DNA of 64,000 nt. Source: Octopus sinensis (Eukaryota). The stretch covers positions 163,556,001 through 163,620,000 of the forward strand of contig NC_042997.1 in assembly GCF_006345805.1 (NCBI RefSeq), read 5' to 3'. Both the position numbers and the translations under genes were made by a program. Shown piece after piece: positions 12,301 through 24,789 of this stretch; position 1 is the stretch's first letter, and every line of letters starts with the position of its first letter. Below the pieces are notes generated by a model, which did not search any database, was not told the DNA's origin, and saw only the letters and a program-made list of their open reading frames with translations.

Positions 12301-15300
12301 GCTTGTTTGGAAAAATATATGTAAAAGTTTTGTAGCTCAAATTAAACATTAACAAAAGGAAGAAACTTTACTGTTAGAAAATATAAAAAAATATGTTTCA
12401 TCCCAGAATATTATAATGGATCTATTTTTCAGTTTTAATTTAGATATTTGCTCACATCCATTTTAGTTTAGTGTTATAAATTCATCTTGAGAAATATTTA
12501 GTTGTAGGTTCTAATATTTTAAAAACAAAATGTGGAATTCCCTTCAGATAGGGTGTGTTCCTTACATTGCTAACATAGTTATGTTTAACTTACTTCAAAT
12601 CTTAAATTTCCAGAGTCTGTTTGCTTACAATCTTATAGTCAAACATACTATGAATACTTTATATATATCATCTCAATATTTTATAAAGTTTTATGCCAGT
12701 TAATGAACTAGGAAGGAATTATGATTACATTTAATGACTTATTTTTATTTGTGTCTGTGTGAAGAATATTTGTTCATAGCTCATTTTTATTCTGATTTCT
12801 CAATTTTACATTTAATTAATGACTACTCAAGTGAATTTGCTTGCTATTTTTGTACTAGAAAGAGAATAAAGCTGCTGTGTCTATGTGTTTACACACACAC
12901 ACACACACATACACACATACAACAACACACACACAGAGTCATGGTTGTGTGGTTAAGAAATTCACTTTCCAACCACTTGGTTTTGTGTTCAGTCTCACTT
13001 CTTAGTACCTTGGGCTGTCTTCTTTAGCCTTGGGCCAACCAAAGTGTTGTAAGTAGATTTGGTTGACAGAAACAGAAACCCGTAAATGTGTGTGTGTGTG
13101 TGTGTGTGCGTGCGTGCATGCATGCGTTTGTGCCTCCTTGTCTTGATACTGTGAAGGTGTTGTTCCTTTCCAATCTTCTGTAAAAACACATTTGGCCTTG
13201 CTTCAAAACAGGTGAAGGTTGACAGCAGGAAGAGCAGCAAGCTGTAAAAAATCAGGTTTTTGTTGGTAATGCTGTTCTTTAAAATTATATAGTGCTATTT
13301 ACATATTAAACAGATATAATATGATTGGATACTCAAGAATATTCTCATTCTTTCTGCATTAATTTTTTTATTCAGTACACAAAGAGTGACTACTACTAGT
13401 ATTTGAACAATGGTATATTACTGGCACTTATTTTATTGACTCTAGAAGTATGACAGCTGAATTTGATTTCAGTAAATTTTGACCATAGAAGAATGAAACA
13501 AAATACTTTCGAAGCATTTAATCAGTAGTGTATTGTTTCTACTCCTTGGCTTGTAATAACACTTCTGGAAAACTCTGTAACTTTAATGTCACGTTTAAAT
13601 TTCTCAAATTCTATTCCAACCTCATTTAATCATTATGTTTATACTTGTCAAGTCTTAACTGAATGTAAAAATTCTATATCTCTAGATATGGAAGTTTGTT
13701 GTATGAACTTGTTATTAAAAATATGGCCCTATTACACATAGAGTGTTATGTTCATTCTTATTGAGTGTTACATTTAGGGTAAAACTGTCAGTGAAATATT
13801 TAGTCACCTATATCATAATTCAATGAGTAGATATTTCCATCGACTAACAGTTGGAACAGCATTGCTGAAATTGAGTTATGCAAACCTTTGTTTTGATTAA
13901 TGCTTTTAACAATTTGAAAGTTAGCTTTCCTTTCGGAAACAATGATAAAGGTTAGTGATGCAGATAAAATGTTATGCAATATTATCAGATCTACACCAGT
14001 TTGAAAAATCAAGGGGAAAATGGTTGCTGATGTTGATATATTATTTTTCTATATATGTAACAATTTTAGAAAATGCAATTAAAATTACAAAGAAAGCAAG
14101 CAAGAATATCATTCTCTGTTATATTCATTTGTATAAAAATTTATCCAGTTTACATACTTTAGTTAACAGACATAGTGGATTCCATATTAGTTGTAAAGAT
14201 TTCAAAGAGTAAATGTTATGCTTTTACATTTTCTTTTACTTTGTTGAGAAATGTGCATTTCTAATTCAAACTGAACACTGGATAAAATTACTTGTTGAGT
14301 TTCTTTGCAGTTTCAGAAATACATGTTGGTAAATATTTAGTTGGTTTATCTTTGTCTTAGAATAGCATTTTTGGAATTATTGCCAACTTAGTTTGAGACT
14401 GGTGTCTGTTTGTAGAGAACTGAGTGAGGTATTTTGAATATAAATTGTTAGTAAGAGGATAATCCAATCATTAGTTCATAAATACAATTGCACTTAATGA
14501 ATTTAACTTAAAATAGATTAATTTAGATGTTATAGCCTTCACCTAATTATTGTGATAAATCCTTTCCAATGTATCTTTGTTTTACGAGTTTAGTAGCTAT
14601 TTGCAATCTGATATGTGGCAAATTTAGCTTGATATTCTGTAACATTCTTTAGTGTTTATATTTCTTTGGGGAAAGTTTTTGTTGTTGTTTGTGCTAGGTT
14701 ACTGATTGCAGAAGTTTCTAATGTGAAATACGTTTTCCTTTCAAATTTTTGGCTCATCTTATGCTACACTTCTTGCTTGTTAAGCCTTAAATAACTACTG
14801 CAATATCTTCTTGAAATGTTTCCAATTTTTTCTCAGTTTACATGTGGAATAGCTCTCAAATTGTGAGTGCTTATCTTACCTAAGCTTTACGTAAGATATC
14901 AGTCTTTTGGATTATCTAACTCTTTATGCATTATTTTACTTCAAAGAGTAAATTTGTGTTTTTACTTTTGGCTTTAATCTTAGAGATTATCTTCTGCAAA
15001 TAATGTTTTTTTTTATTAAATTTATTTTTTAGTGCTATCCCACAACAAAATCATAAGTAAATCTGTGTCTATGTGTATGTAAAATAGTTGTTTAATTACT
15101 AATTTACATAAATTTCAATACAACTAATCATTACCTTAACATTTATTATTATTACATAGGAAAGGTGATTTCTTAAATATAGTTTTACAACTATGAAATT
15201 AAGATGTTAGTATTTGTGAACTTTTTAAGAGTATTTTTTTTTACTTAAAATTAGAGTTGAAGGAATGTAATGTAAATAGTTTTTTGTCTATTTATAAATG

Positions 15301-18300
15301 TTGAGCACTTTCCAAAGTGAAAAGCAGAGTTGAGATATCTTGATCTAACATAATACTTTAGAAACCAAAGTATGGCAATTTAAGAACTCTGCCATTTGAC
15401 TTATTTCTGATATCTTTTCTTCAACATTAGTGCCCACCTATAAAATGAATTCAAATTTATCTTAGGTCTTATCACTCCATTAGTAGCATCCTTGTTTTTG
15501 TTGCTATGTAGCTGTTAGTCATCTCTGATTGAGCAGTTTTAGTCATCCAAATGACAAAACACAAACTACACATCCACCTTCCCAGTTATATTACATTTCT
15601 ACATTGTTTGAGGACCATACTGCACATTCTAACATATAGTCCTGAATCATACAGAATGCAGTGACATAAAATCGCATGACATGTGATGAAAACTTTTATC
15701 AAAATATTTTCAAAGGGTTCAAATAATTTGACCATTAGAAGTGAATGGGAGGGATATAAGAGGTGGTAATAATCATCTCAATCATCAGAGATTAAATGCA
15801 ATTAAGAATGATATATACAAAATTTAAGTTTCCATGGAATAGGAATCTGAAATAGTTTTCACATTTTCATTTCCTCCTGGTATTATTTTATGATTCATAC
15901 TGTATAACCTTGTCTTGCTTAATAGTCTCAAGGTTATGGTGATTTGTTGTTATACCTATCCCTTCTTGTAAAAAAAAAAATGAAATGTAAAATTCTAAAT
16001 ATTGGGTAACTTTGTTCACTTTAAATTAGTTAACTGTAACACCCCCTACACACACATACCCACCCACCATTACTATCAGCATTTCAATGTTTGTTTTATC
16101 ATACTAGCACTGATGGATGGGTTTTATCCAACACTATGTTGATAGTCATCACAGTTCTTTGTTATCACCTTCATGAAGTGTATCATCCTCAGGTCAGTTT
16201 TCACCACTTCATTCTTGGTCTTCTCATAGACCTTCCTCTTCCTCATGTTTCTTTCACCTTGACTACCCTGCATTATTTTATGCAGCTGTTATTTGCCATG
16301 TGCCTATACCAGTGCAGTCTTCTCACTTGCACTTTATATCTCATACTTATATTCAGTTTTTGTTTCAGCTTACTTGTGCCCTTTCATTCATACATATTAA
16401 CTGTATTTATCTATCAGATTATGCTTGCTTCATTTCTTTCTAGTCTATGCAAATCCTCTGTATCTAAGGCCATGCCTCCTCATAACACAACATTGTTGTC
16501 CATACACCAGTATCATATATAATTTACTCTTCACTTATGAGGTAATAGCAAGAGTAATAGCTCATTGAACATTTTCCACCCTGTTCATACTCTCGCCATA
16601 ACCTTTTTAATCAACTCAATCCCATTGCTTAATTATGTTATCTAAGTAACAGAAGCTATCACCTACGATTATATAAATTTCCATTCAAGTTGGTGAGCTG
16701 ACAGAATTCTTACTGCACTGGAAAAATTGCTTAGTGGCATTTCTTCTAGCTTTGTGTTCTGAGTTAAAATTCTGCTGAGGTCTACTTTGCCTTATGGGAT
16801 TCATAAAATAAGTACCAGTTAAGCACTGGGATTGATGTAATTGACTAGCACAACCTCCTCCAAAATTTCAGGCTTGTGCTTATAGTAGAAAGGCTTATCA
16901 TATTTTCATTTGGTTTTCAAGCAAATATTTTTTATATGAAAAAAATGTTACAAACTTTTGTTAAACTAAGTACTGTAATTATGATACAAATCTATTTTAA
17001 CATGTGTGGTGTCTTACAGAAATATTATTATAGTATACATACCTGACCTAAGTAATGACGACTTGAAAACTGTTGCAGCATGTTGTTGTATCCACCATTT
17101 GTCAGTGATTCTCTACTCCTGGTGGATGACACCTTTGTACTACTCGGCCTCAACCCTTCTACCCATGAGTCTCTTTAGGTAGTTGCTACTAGTGAGAGTT
17201 TTACAATGTCTGAGTTCAAATCCTAGCTCAACCTCTTTTAGTTGCCTTTTACAACATGCAGTGGAAATGATGGGTCTATTCTTTGGCATACCAATTGCCA
17301 CATAGTATCATGACTATATATTTAACAGATTTTCCTTTAGGTCATTATTTGTAATTATGTAAATTATATTGACCAAAAGTCTTTGTAACTGTTTTTTCTT
17401 GTTAAAATTTCTATTGACAGATCAAAGCAATTTTGAATTAGATTCTGAAGTTTTTAGTAAGATGAGGTGTAATAAAATTGAAACATGTCCGTAGCTGTTA
17501 TCTTGATTCCTAACAAAGATCAGGTTATTTCCTTCAGCATGAAGTTAATTTTTCTGGAAAAATGGTTTTTAATTTCTTGAAATTATCTCCTCTCTCTTTT
17601 CTTTAAGAGTGCCTAATAATTACTGTAAGGTTTTTTTGTTTTCTTTCTCCAACTAAAAGGAACATTGCAATTTATTAAGAATTTTTAGCATGTCATTTAG
17701 TGCAGCACTATCTACTTGACAGATAAGTTGGTTTCTTGTCATGAGTGTTATGCTGGTCCTTGAACTCCTTCAAACATGTTCCCGCTCCTGTTGTTGAAAT
17801 AGAGTAACAAGGAAAAGTATGTTTTGGCTTTAATTCTTTGACTTGACTGTTTATTTGAACAGTTGTTATTTGGTGGATAATGAGTTCAAATCCTGTCAAA
17901 ACCAATTTAGCCTTATCTGAAATCCTTTGTTGTTGTTTAGTCCTAGTTAAAAGTTTTAATTGCTGTGGCCTTTCCATCTAAATTTCAAGCTTTAAAGTGC
18001 ATCTAGGAGCACATTATCCAATATTTCTTGTCTTTTTTTAATTAAGTGTGATTTGAAAGAAATTTAGTTCTTAGCTAGGATTCAATGAGGTTGGTTACTA
18101 GCTAATGAAATTTGCTGAAAATTTGATGATTACTAAATTTATCTCAGTTCATATTCTTGAGATGTTTTTTTATAAGAAATATTGAAAAACACAGTTCACT
18201 ACATGCACCCTCTTGATAAAATATATTTAATGTATTCTTTTCATGAAACAAAGAAAATGAACAAATTAAATCAGATACAGTTGGGACTTTTGGGACAGTG

Positions 18301-19609
18301 TTTTAGTGCCAGAGCCCAAAACCATTTTTGAAATGAAGTAATTAGGGATTATTGGTTTCTTGAGTGTCAGCTTATGTATAATGTTTGGAAATTTTCAACT
18401 GCTTAGGTTGTGATCCAAAAAAGTTTGAGTGGGGACAATGTTTGATGCTAGTTTGGTGGCAAGAATTGATGGAATTAAGACATCATTTCACTGCCTAAGA
18501 GCTTCCATTCTAGATTTTCTGCTTACATTTAGTTCCTTAGCTTATGCTTAGATGTATCTTATATATATGAAATCATCATCATCACCATAATGTCATGCAG
18601 CCATGCCTGTATCTATGTATATATATTTATGGTTAAAAAGTGACTATACATATGTATGTGTGCATGTGTGTGTCAGCATAGCTGTGTGGTTAAGTTGCTG
18701 GACATGTGGTTCTAGGTCCCATCTGTGCCACCTTGCGATATTTCCTCATGACCAGACATGTTTTTGCAGAAGATGGGAAGTAAACATCAATTGTATGACA
18801 GTGACATTCATTAACAACTACTATACAATATCAACACACACACACACACACACACACTCACAGAGAGAGAGAGAGAGAGAGAGAGAGTATTCTTTCAATT
18901 TTTATCTACCAAACTCACAAACTCACTCACAAGGTTTTGGTTGACCCTAGACTGTAGTAGAAGAGTAGAAAATACTTGTCCAAGGTGCTGCTCATGGGAC
19001 TTAGCCTGAAAGCATGTGGCTGGGTAGCAAACCTCCTAAGCACATGATAAATGTATGTGTTTCATTTCCCATAGACCACATTACTTCAAAAGTAGCCCAG
19101 CATAATATTATTGACTCTTGGTTAGTCAAGATACCCTTGATCTTGTTTCAATTTGTTTTATGCTTTTGGTTAATTAGAATGCTGCTTTTTATCTATATCC
19201 AGAAAGGATCATATGGTTAAGGAAAAAATTTATATTAACCTAAATCTAGTTTTGTTTGAAATCTTTTAAATGGGAACTGACACTTCAATGATATAAAAGC
19301 AGAATTTGTATGAAAAAAATATATAATTTTAAAATTTTGATATTCTTTTCCTTCAGAATTCTATTTTGATATGAAAGAAATATTAATTTTGGAATTGAGC
19401 TTTTACTCTTTTATCGAGGAATACTTTTTAATTTGTTTTTTTTTGCCTTTATAATATATTAAAAAAATTTTCATATATGATGCATTTTCAATTAAGCTCT
19501 GAAATGTTTTTGTTTGTTTTATATTTTAATATGAAATGATTTTGTTTGTTTTATTTTTTAATTACTTGTTGCTTACAACTAAATCCAAATAAATTGTTTG
19601 TGTTGACAG

Positions 19610-19694
19610 GAAGGAATTACAGTTACAGTGGATACTTAAATACATACATTTTCCAAAGCAATTTATGGAGGAAATCAAGCTTAACTTTTTAAAA
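19610..19694 (+). other. Candidate non-coding 5' UTR exon
   Basis: T-rich intron-like run ending ttgtttgtgttgacag at 19609 and donor AA|gtgagt at 19695, in non-repetitive sequence upstream of the ATG exon. Confidence 0.4.
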
Positions 19695-20060
19695 GTGAGT
19701 AAATAATCTTTTCAGTAAAAAGGTTTAATCGGAAAGTAGCTAACCTTATTTATTCATTCATGTTCAATATGAAAAATTTAATATGGAACATCAAGATGAA
19801 AATTGTCGGGAAACATATTCTCATGTAAAGAAAAAAAAAAAAAATTAAAAGTGGTTAAAATATGTTATTGATTTTCATACACTAAAAGGGCTCACATTAT
19901 ATTCAAGATTGCATTGTATTCAAGTAAAAACAGTATATCAGAAATACTATCTATTAGGAGTCTACACATACATATAAATATATGTACATTTATATATCGT
20001 ATGAAAATGTTATTATGGTTGCACATACATTATATATATATATATATTATTATTATTATT

Positions 20061-20291
20061 ATTAGACAAAAACAGATAACAAAGCCACGGCTGTGAGGAG
20101 TTTTCAGGATATTTATAAGGAAAGAAATAGTCTTACAGCTGTTTCTGGGATATTATGGATATCTTTTCATCAGAGACGATGTGAGAAAAATAAATGGAAA
20201 AGGAGGAGATAGGGAAAATAGAGGGAAATAAGAGAATGGAAGTAGAAATAACATATAAAATATTGTAGTTGCAGTTCCATTATTGTCTAAT
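20061..20291 (-). mobile_element. Penelope-like terminal-repeat fragment in (TA)/(TTA) microsatellite
   Basis: Contains a hammerhead motif, has short inverted ends (ttagacaa ... ttgtctaa) and microsatellite flanks. Family assignment is an inference from this architecture. Confidence 0.6.
20130..20177 (-). ncRNA. Minimal type I hammerhead ribozyme motif, canonical C3-G8 core
   Basis: Minus strand gtct-CTGATGA-aaagatat-ccata-atatccca-GAAA-CAGCTG-TA-agac: helix I gtct/agac, helix II gatat/atatc with an eroded base, palindromic helix III, GUA cleavage triplet. Confidence 0.75.
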
Positions 20292-20739
20292 ATATATATG
20301 CAGGCCAATACAAGACCCACATTAAACTCCTAACTCGTATCACAATCGAACCAAGAGTTTAGTTATGGTCTGTCCTTAGCAATTAGCATTATCTGCCACT
20401 CTTTGAGTCTTCTAGATACCAATACACACGTACATGCACACACGCATGCACACATAATGTCAATGGTATCACCATTAGTACCTTGCTGCTAACATTCCTC
20501 TGGCTTCCCCAACTTGTGCACCCTCTCTCTTCAACCTTTCTCTGTCTTTATAGATGTTGCCTACCTACCTCCCTCTCCTCCATACACTCTTGCACTCCCC
20601 TCCATACTATTCTTCTTACCTGAGGTGCCACCTGGATACCTCATCACCAGTATCTATCTCTTTGGCAATACTACCAGTCCATTCTCTTTCACTCTCTCTC
20701 CTGAATGTGAGTAGCTGTGTAGCTCCTCTCATTGGCTAC

Positions 20740-20774
<35 letters not shown>

Positions 20775-21141
20775 AATGTGAATGAATATTGACATTAAAT
20801 AGCTTCACTTGTTACCACTTGAAATGGTGCTGTGATGTTTATATTCCTTGATAACATTATGACCAGTCAGTGTGTGCTTTTGAAGACCTGTGGAATAAAA
20901 ATATCCCATACTTAAAAAGCAGCTAAGAGTTGGCAACCAGGAATAGTATCTGGCTGTAAAATCCTGCTTCTATTAACTTTACTTCAACCCCATGGTTGAA
21001 CAAAAGTTAATATGAAAAACATGGATGTTAAATGCATGAACATGTATATATATACAAAAACAATTGCAGTGTGGGAGGTGTTTATAAACCATTTACAAAA
21101 CACACAAAAACTGTTAGATTCACTTCAACATTTAAATTTAA

Positions 21142-21192
21142 TTTGTCAAAATATTTTCGTCATTTTGAAACCACGACCTGTTCACTGACAAA
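21142..21192 (-). ncRNA. Minimal hammerhead motif with swapped G3-C8 core
   Basis: Minus strand tttgtca-GTGAACA-g-gtcgt-ggtttcaaa-atgac-GAAA-ATAT-TT-tgacaaa: 7-bp helix I, 5-bp helix II, palindromic 4-mer helix III. A more decayed mirror copy lies at 21212-21262 (+). Confidence 0.65.
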
Positions 21193-21277
21193 ATTCCATG
21201 CAGCATGGAATTTTGCCAGTGAACTGGTTACTGTTTCAAAACAATGAAAATATTTTAACAAATTAAATTTAAATGTT

Positions 21278-21682
21278 AGGAGTGGCTGTGTGATAAGTAG
21301 CTTGCTAACCAACCACATGGTTCCGGCTTCAGTCCCACTACGTGGCATCTTGGGCAAGTGTCTTCTGCTATAGCCCCGGGCCGACCAATGCCTTGTGAGT
21401 GGATTTGGTAGACGGAAACTGAAAGAAGCCTGTCGTATATATGTATATATATATGTATGTGTGTGTGTGTGTTTGTGTGTCTGTGTTTGTCCCCCTAGCA
21501 TTGCTTGACGACCGATGCTGGTGTGTTTACGTCCCCGTCACTTAGCGGTTCGGCAAAAGAGACCGATAGAATAAGTACTGGGCTTACAAAGAATAAGTCC
21601 CGGGGTTGATTTGCTCAACTAAAGGCGGTGCTCCAGCATGACCGCAGTCAAATGGCTGAAACAAGTAAAAGAGAAAGAGAGA
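21278..21682 (+). mobile_element. tRNA-derived SINE family B (CORE-like, internal TA/TG microsatellite)
   Basis: ggagtggctgtgtg...ggttccggcttcagtccc (A/B-box-like), cttgggcaagtgtcttc core, gaaacaagtaaaaga tail. Relatives at about 9830-10135(-), 12935-13230, 18680-19045, 42972-43250, 46400-46530, 53548-53900, 58155-58405(-) and 62480-62720. Confidence 0.9.
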
Positions 21683-21805
21683 AAGTGAATCTAATGGTTT
21701 TTGTGTGTGTTTTAAAATGGCTTATAAACACCTCCCATGCTGCAATTGTTTTTGTTTCAGCACACAATCTCAGATCAAGTCACTTGCTATGCAAGTACAT
21801 CTCTG

Positions 21806-21844
<39 letters not shown>

Positions 21845-21872
21845 AAAAAGGAGATGTGGAACATGAGTTGTG

Positions 21873-22098
21873 ATATATAAAAGAAAGGAAATGAAGAAAA
21901 TGCTGACAAAATAATTTAAGTAAGGGAGAGTGTATTTAATTAGGTGAAAGTTCTTTTTACCGGTTGCGCATTTGTTATGCTTAAAAAAATATCTTTTGAT
22001 AAGCATAACAAATGCGCAACCGGTAAAAAGAACTTTCACCTAATTAAATACACTCTCCCTTACTTAAATTATTTTGTCAGCATTTTCTTCATTTCCTT

Positions 22099-22110
<12 letters not shown>
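21873..22110. repeat. Perfect 111-bp inverted repeat with 16-nt spacer (probably Penelope-like)
   Basis: 21873-21983 is the exact reverse complement of 22000-22110. This explains the twin ORFs 21842-22039(-) and 21944-22132(+). It lies between (TA)n runs. Confidence 0.95.
21992..22031 (+). ncRNA. Hammerhead-like motif with U3-A8 core and GCAA in place of GAAA
   Basis: tctt-TTGATAA-gcat-aacaa-atgc-GCAA-CCGG-TA-aaaaga: helix II and palindromic helix III fit, helix I is weak, A13 is substituted. Confidence 0.45.
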
Positions 22111-22134
<24 letters not shown>

Positions 22135-22444
22135 CTACCCATGCATGTATGGAAGATGGACGTTAAATGATGCCTGCTCATCTAGCCAGTGGGATGACGT
22201 CATTTAAAGACGAAGATGATGCAAAGTGCATTGTGACCAGCAATGTGTAACAACGTCTGATAGTCTGGTTGGTCATGTGGTCACCTGATATGCACACATA
22301 CACACATATCATTGTCATCAAGAAAAAAAATAGGTATATGTAAGTGTCATTTTAACTGGATCACAAACTAAAATTTAAAATTTGTGAACATTTATTTATA
22401 CTAGGCCTTTTTTCTACACAAGGTGTGAAATACCTTTCATAATC

Positions 22445-22650
22445 CATTGATAACTATGGCCAGGTATTGCAATAACTTAGGATTCAAATTCCCACCACTT
22501 TTCAATATCCTATTGAAAGACTTAAGGGATCTACGTAATATGGATGTAGATATCTTCAAAAGAACAACTGGAACTAGAATTACTGATGAGCCTATTTTGC
22601 AGCAAGAAACATTACTGAAGGCAACAACTTCAAGATCCTTCATTCTACAA
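22445..22650 (+). mobile_element. 3' end of CR1-like LINE
   Basis: RYCNNLGFKFPPLFNILLKDLRDLRNMDVDIFK...DEP resembles the LFNxLP...FK...PDEP terminus of CR1-group ORF2. Confidence 0.65.
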
Positions 22651-23924
22651 ATATATGTATGTGCGTGTGTGTGTGCAGGCATGTGTGTTGTGTCACGCAG
22701 AGAGAGAGAGAGAGAGAGAGAGAGGGTGGGTGGTGGAAGAATAATTCAATTTGATTTATTTATTTTGATCACAAAATTAGAGCAAATTACAATATATAAA
22801 TGCACTGGAGTTATATTCTAAAGGTCATAGGTCTAAATTTTTCTTATAGGAAATAAAATATTTTGAGTCATTAATAATTTTATCTGTAATTAAAATGAGT
22901 AATGCATAACCATCCCAGTTCATTCATAATCAGGAGAAAACATTTTGTTGAAACACCTATTTTAAGAACAAATACAAATGTCAAATATAATATTTTTAAG
23001 TTGTCGAATGTATATATACACATGTGTATGTGTGTTTGCTTACTCTCCTAGAAAGAACTAATGTATTCTTTTATTGGTTCCAATCAATGGATTGTGGCCA
23101 TTGTGGGGTACTGCTTTTTAGAGATTTAGTTAATCATATTGGACCTGTTATTTATTTCAGTATTGTATTTTTCTATTGATCTCTGATTATTGAATGACTA
23201 AGTTACTTTTGACATAAAGGATCAAAACTCATTGTGCTGTTTTACATTGGTATGCACACACACACACACTGCACTCTGTCTCTGCCATATTTCATTCATA
23301 ACGCATTGATCAACCCATTGCTGCATTCACAGACTCTTTCCCAAGGTGCCATATATAGGGATCAAAGCTTTTTTTTAATATTTAATCTTTTGTTAGCAAT
23401 CAGTCCATCTCCATAAATTTCAATAGTTTTCATTCAGCTGAATGAAATGTCATAGTAACCTAGACGCCTTGTAGTAAATATTAGGGAAATGTTCCTGATA
23501 CTTACAATTTTGTAGGCAATCTCTGTTACAATTTATTTCAAATTAAATCAGTTAGTGTCTTGACTTTAAAAGTAGTGAATATTAATAATAGTTACTGAAT
23601 AAATTGCATAGTTATTATTAGTTGTATCTTTCTAATCATTTTACTTCTTCCAGTCTATTGGACTACAGCCATGCTGAGATAGTAATTTAGAGACCTTATA
23701 GTATTTTTTTTTGACATTCTTCATCAGAACTTTCCAAGCACATCACTTAGGAAATTATCAGATTCATATATGCTGCTATTTTGATTGTACACTAGTTATA
23801 AATAATTGATAATACATAATTGTGTTTTATAAATTTTAATAAATTGAGCAAAATCAAAATATGCTTAACATTTTAATGAGATGCTTGTATGTAATTACCA
23901 CAATTCCTGAATAATTGTTGGAAT

Positions 23925-24300
23925 ATTCATCCGCTGGATGTGTAATTTCAGTGTGCATACATGACAGAGCGTAAGTGCCCTGAGAGAAAAGTTAGACTTA
24001 AGAAGCGTCAGATGTGGTGTGCAAGAGAGACGACTGTGTTGGTATGGTCATGTGTTGCGAATGGATGAAGATAGCTGTGTGAAAAAGTGTCACACCCTAG
24101 AAGTTGAGGGAACATGTGGAAGAGGTAGACTCAGGAAGACCTGGGATGAGGTGGTGAAGAACGACCTTTGAACATTGGGCCTCGCCGAGGCAATGACAAG
24201 TGACTGAGACCTTTGGAGATATGCTTGAGAAGACCTGGCAAGCCAAGTGAGACTGTAACTGTGGCCTATGCCAGTGCAGCATAACCAGCCCATTTAAGAG
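23925..24300 (+). mobile_element. RTE-clade LINE, ORF C-terminus and 3' UTR
   Basis: Translates RWMCN...LREKLDLRSVRCGVQERRLCWYGHVLRMDEDSCVKKC...GRGRLRKTWDEVV, the RLRWYGHVxR / RGRPRKTW signature. Confidence 0.9.
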
Positions 24301-24789
24301 TACCCTTCAATCATTGGGCAGTAAATTGCAAAGACCTGTTGAGGCAAGTGAAATTTTTGTCATGGCTGATGACAGTACTGCCTGATTGGCATCTTAAGAG
24401 TGCTATTCGAGTGTGATCGCTGAAATGTCAATCCAGAAACTAGCTACTTCACTCACATATATATCAATTATATACACCAGTTATCTTTTATTTCAGTGTT
24501 TCTTCTTTCATTAGTATAAAGTTAGTTGTTGTTGATGGAATATCTAGATTTCTGATCTAATTGTATTCTTTCATTTTGGTATTAGGGAAGTAATTATTTG
24601 CCCACTTCTCAAGCATTGCTAAATTATTAAAAATTAAAGGACTATCTCATTTTAAGTTGCATTCATAGGTTTTGGAAAACATTTGAAGAATTTTCTATTT
24701 CAATTTTCTTACCTATTTTTTCTCTCATTGTGCAAATCTTATCTTTTCTTTCCCCCCCCCCCTGCATTTTAGTATTTATTTTATTTAAA

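Larger units (their letters stand above)
21054..21806. mobile_element. Palindromic Penelope-like element interrupted by a SINE
   Basis: Inverted repeat centred on 21202. Left arm 21054-21201; right arm 21203-21277, resuming about 21683-21755 after the SINE and extending unpaired to about 21806. (TA)n on both sides. Confidence 0.7.

Noticed and set aside
21842-22132. Twin ORFs on opposite strands (duplicated gene or toxin-antitoxin)
   Set aside because: A consequence of the DNA palindrome; no coding support.
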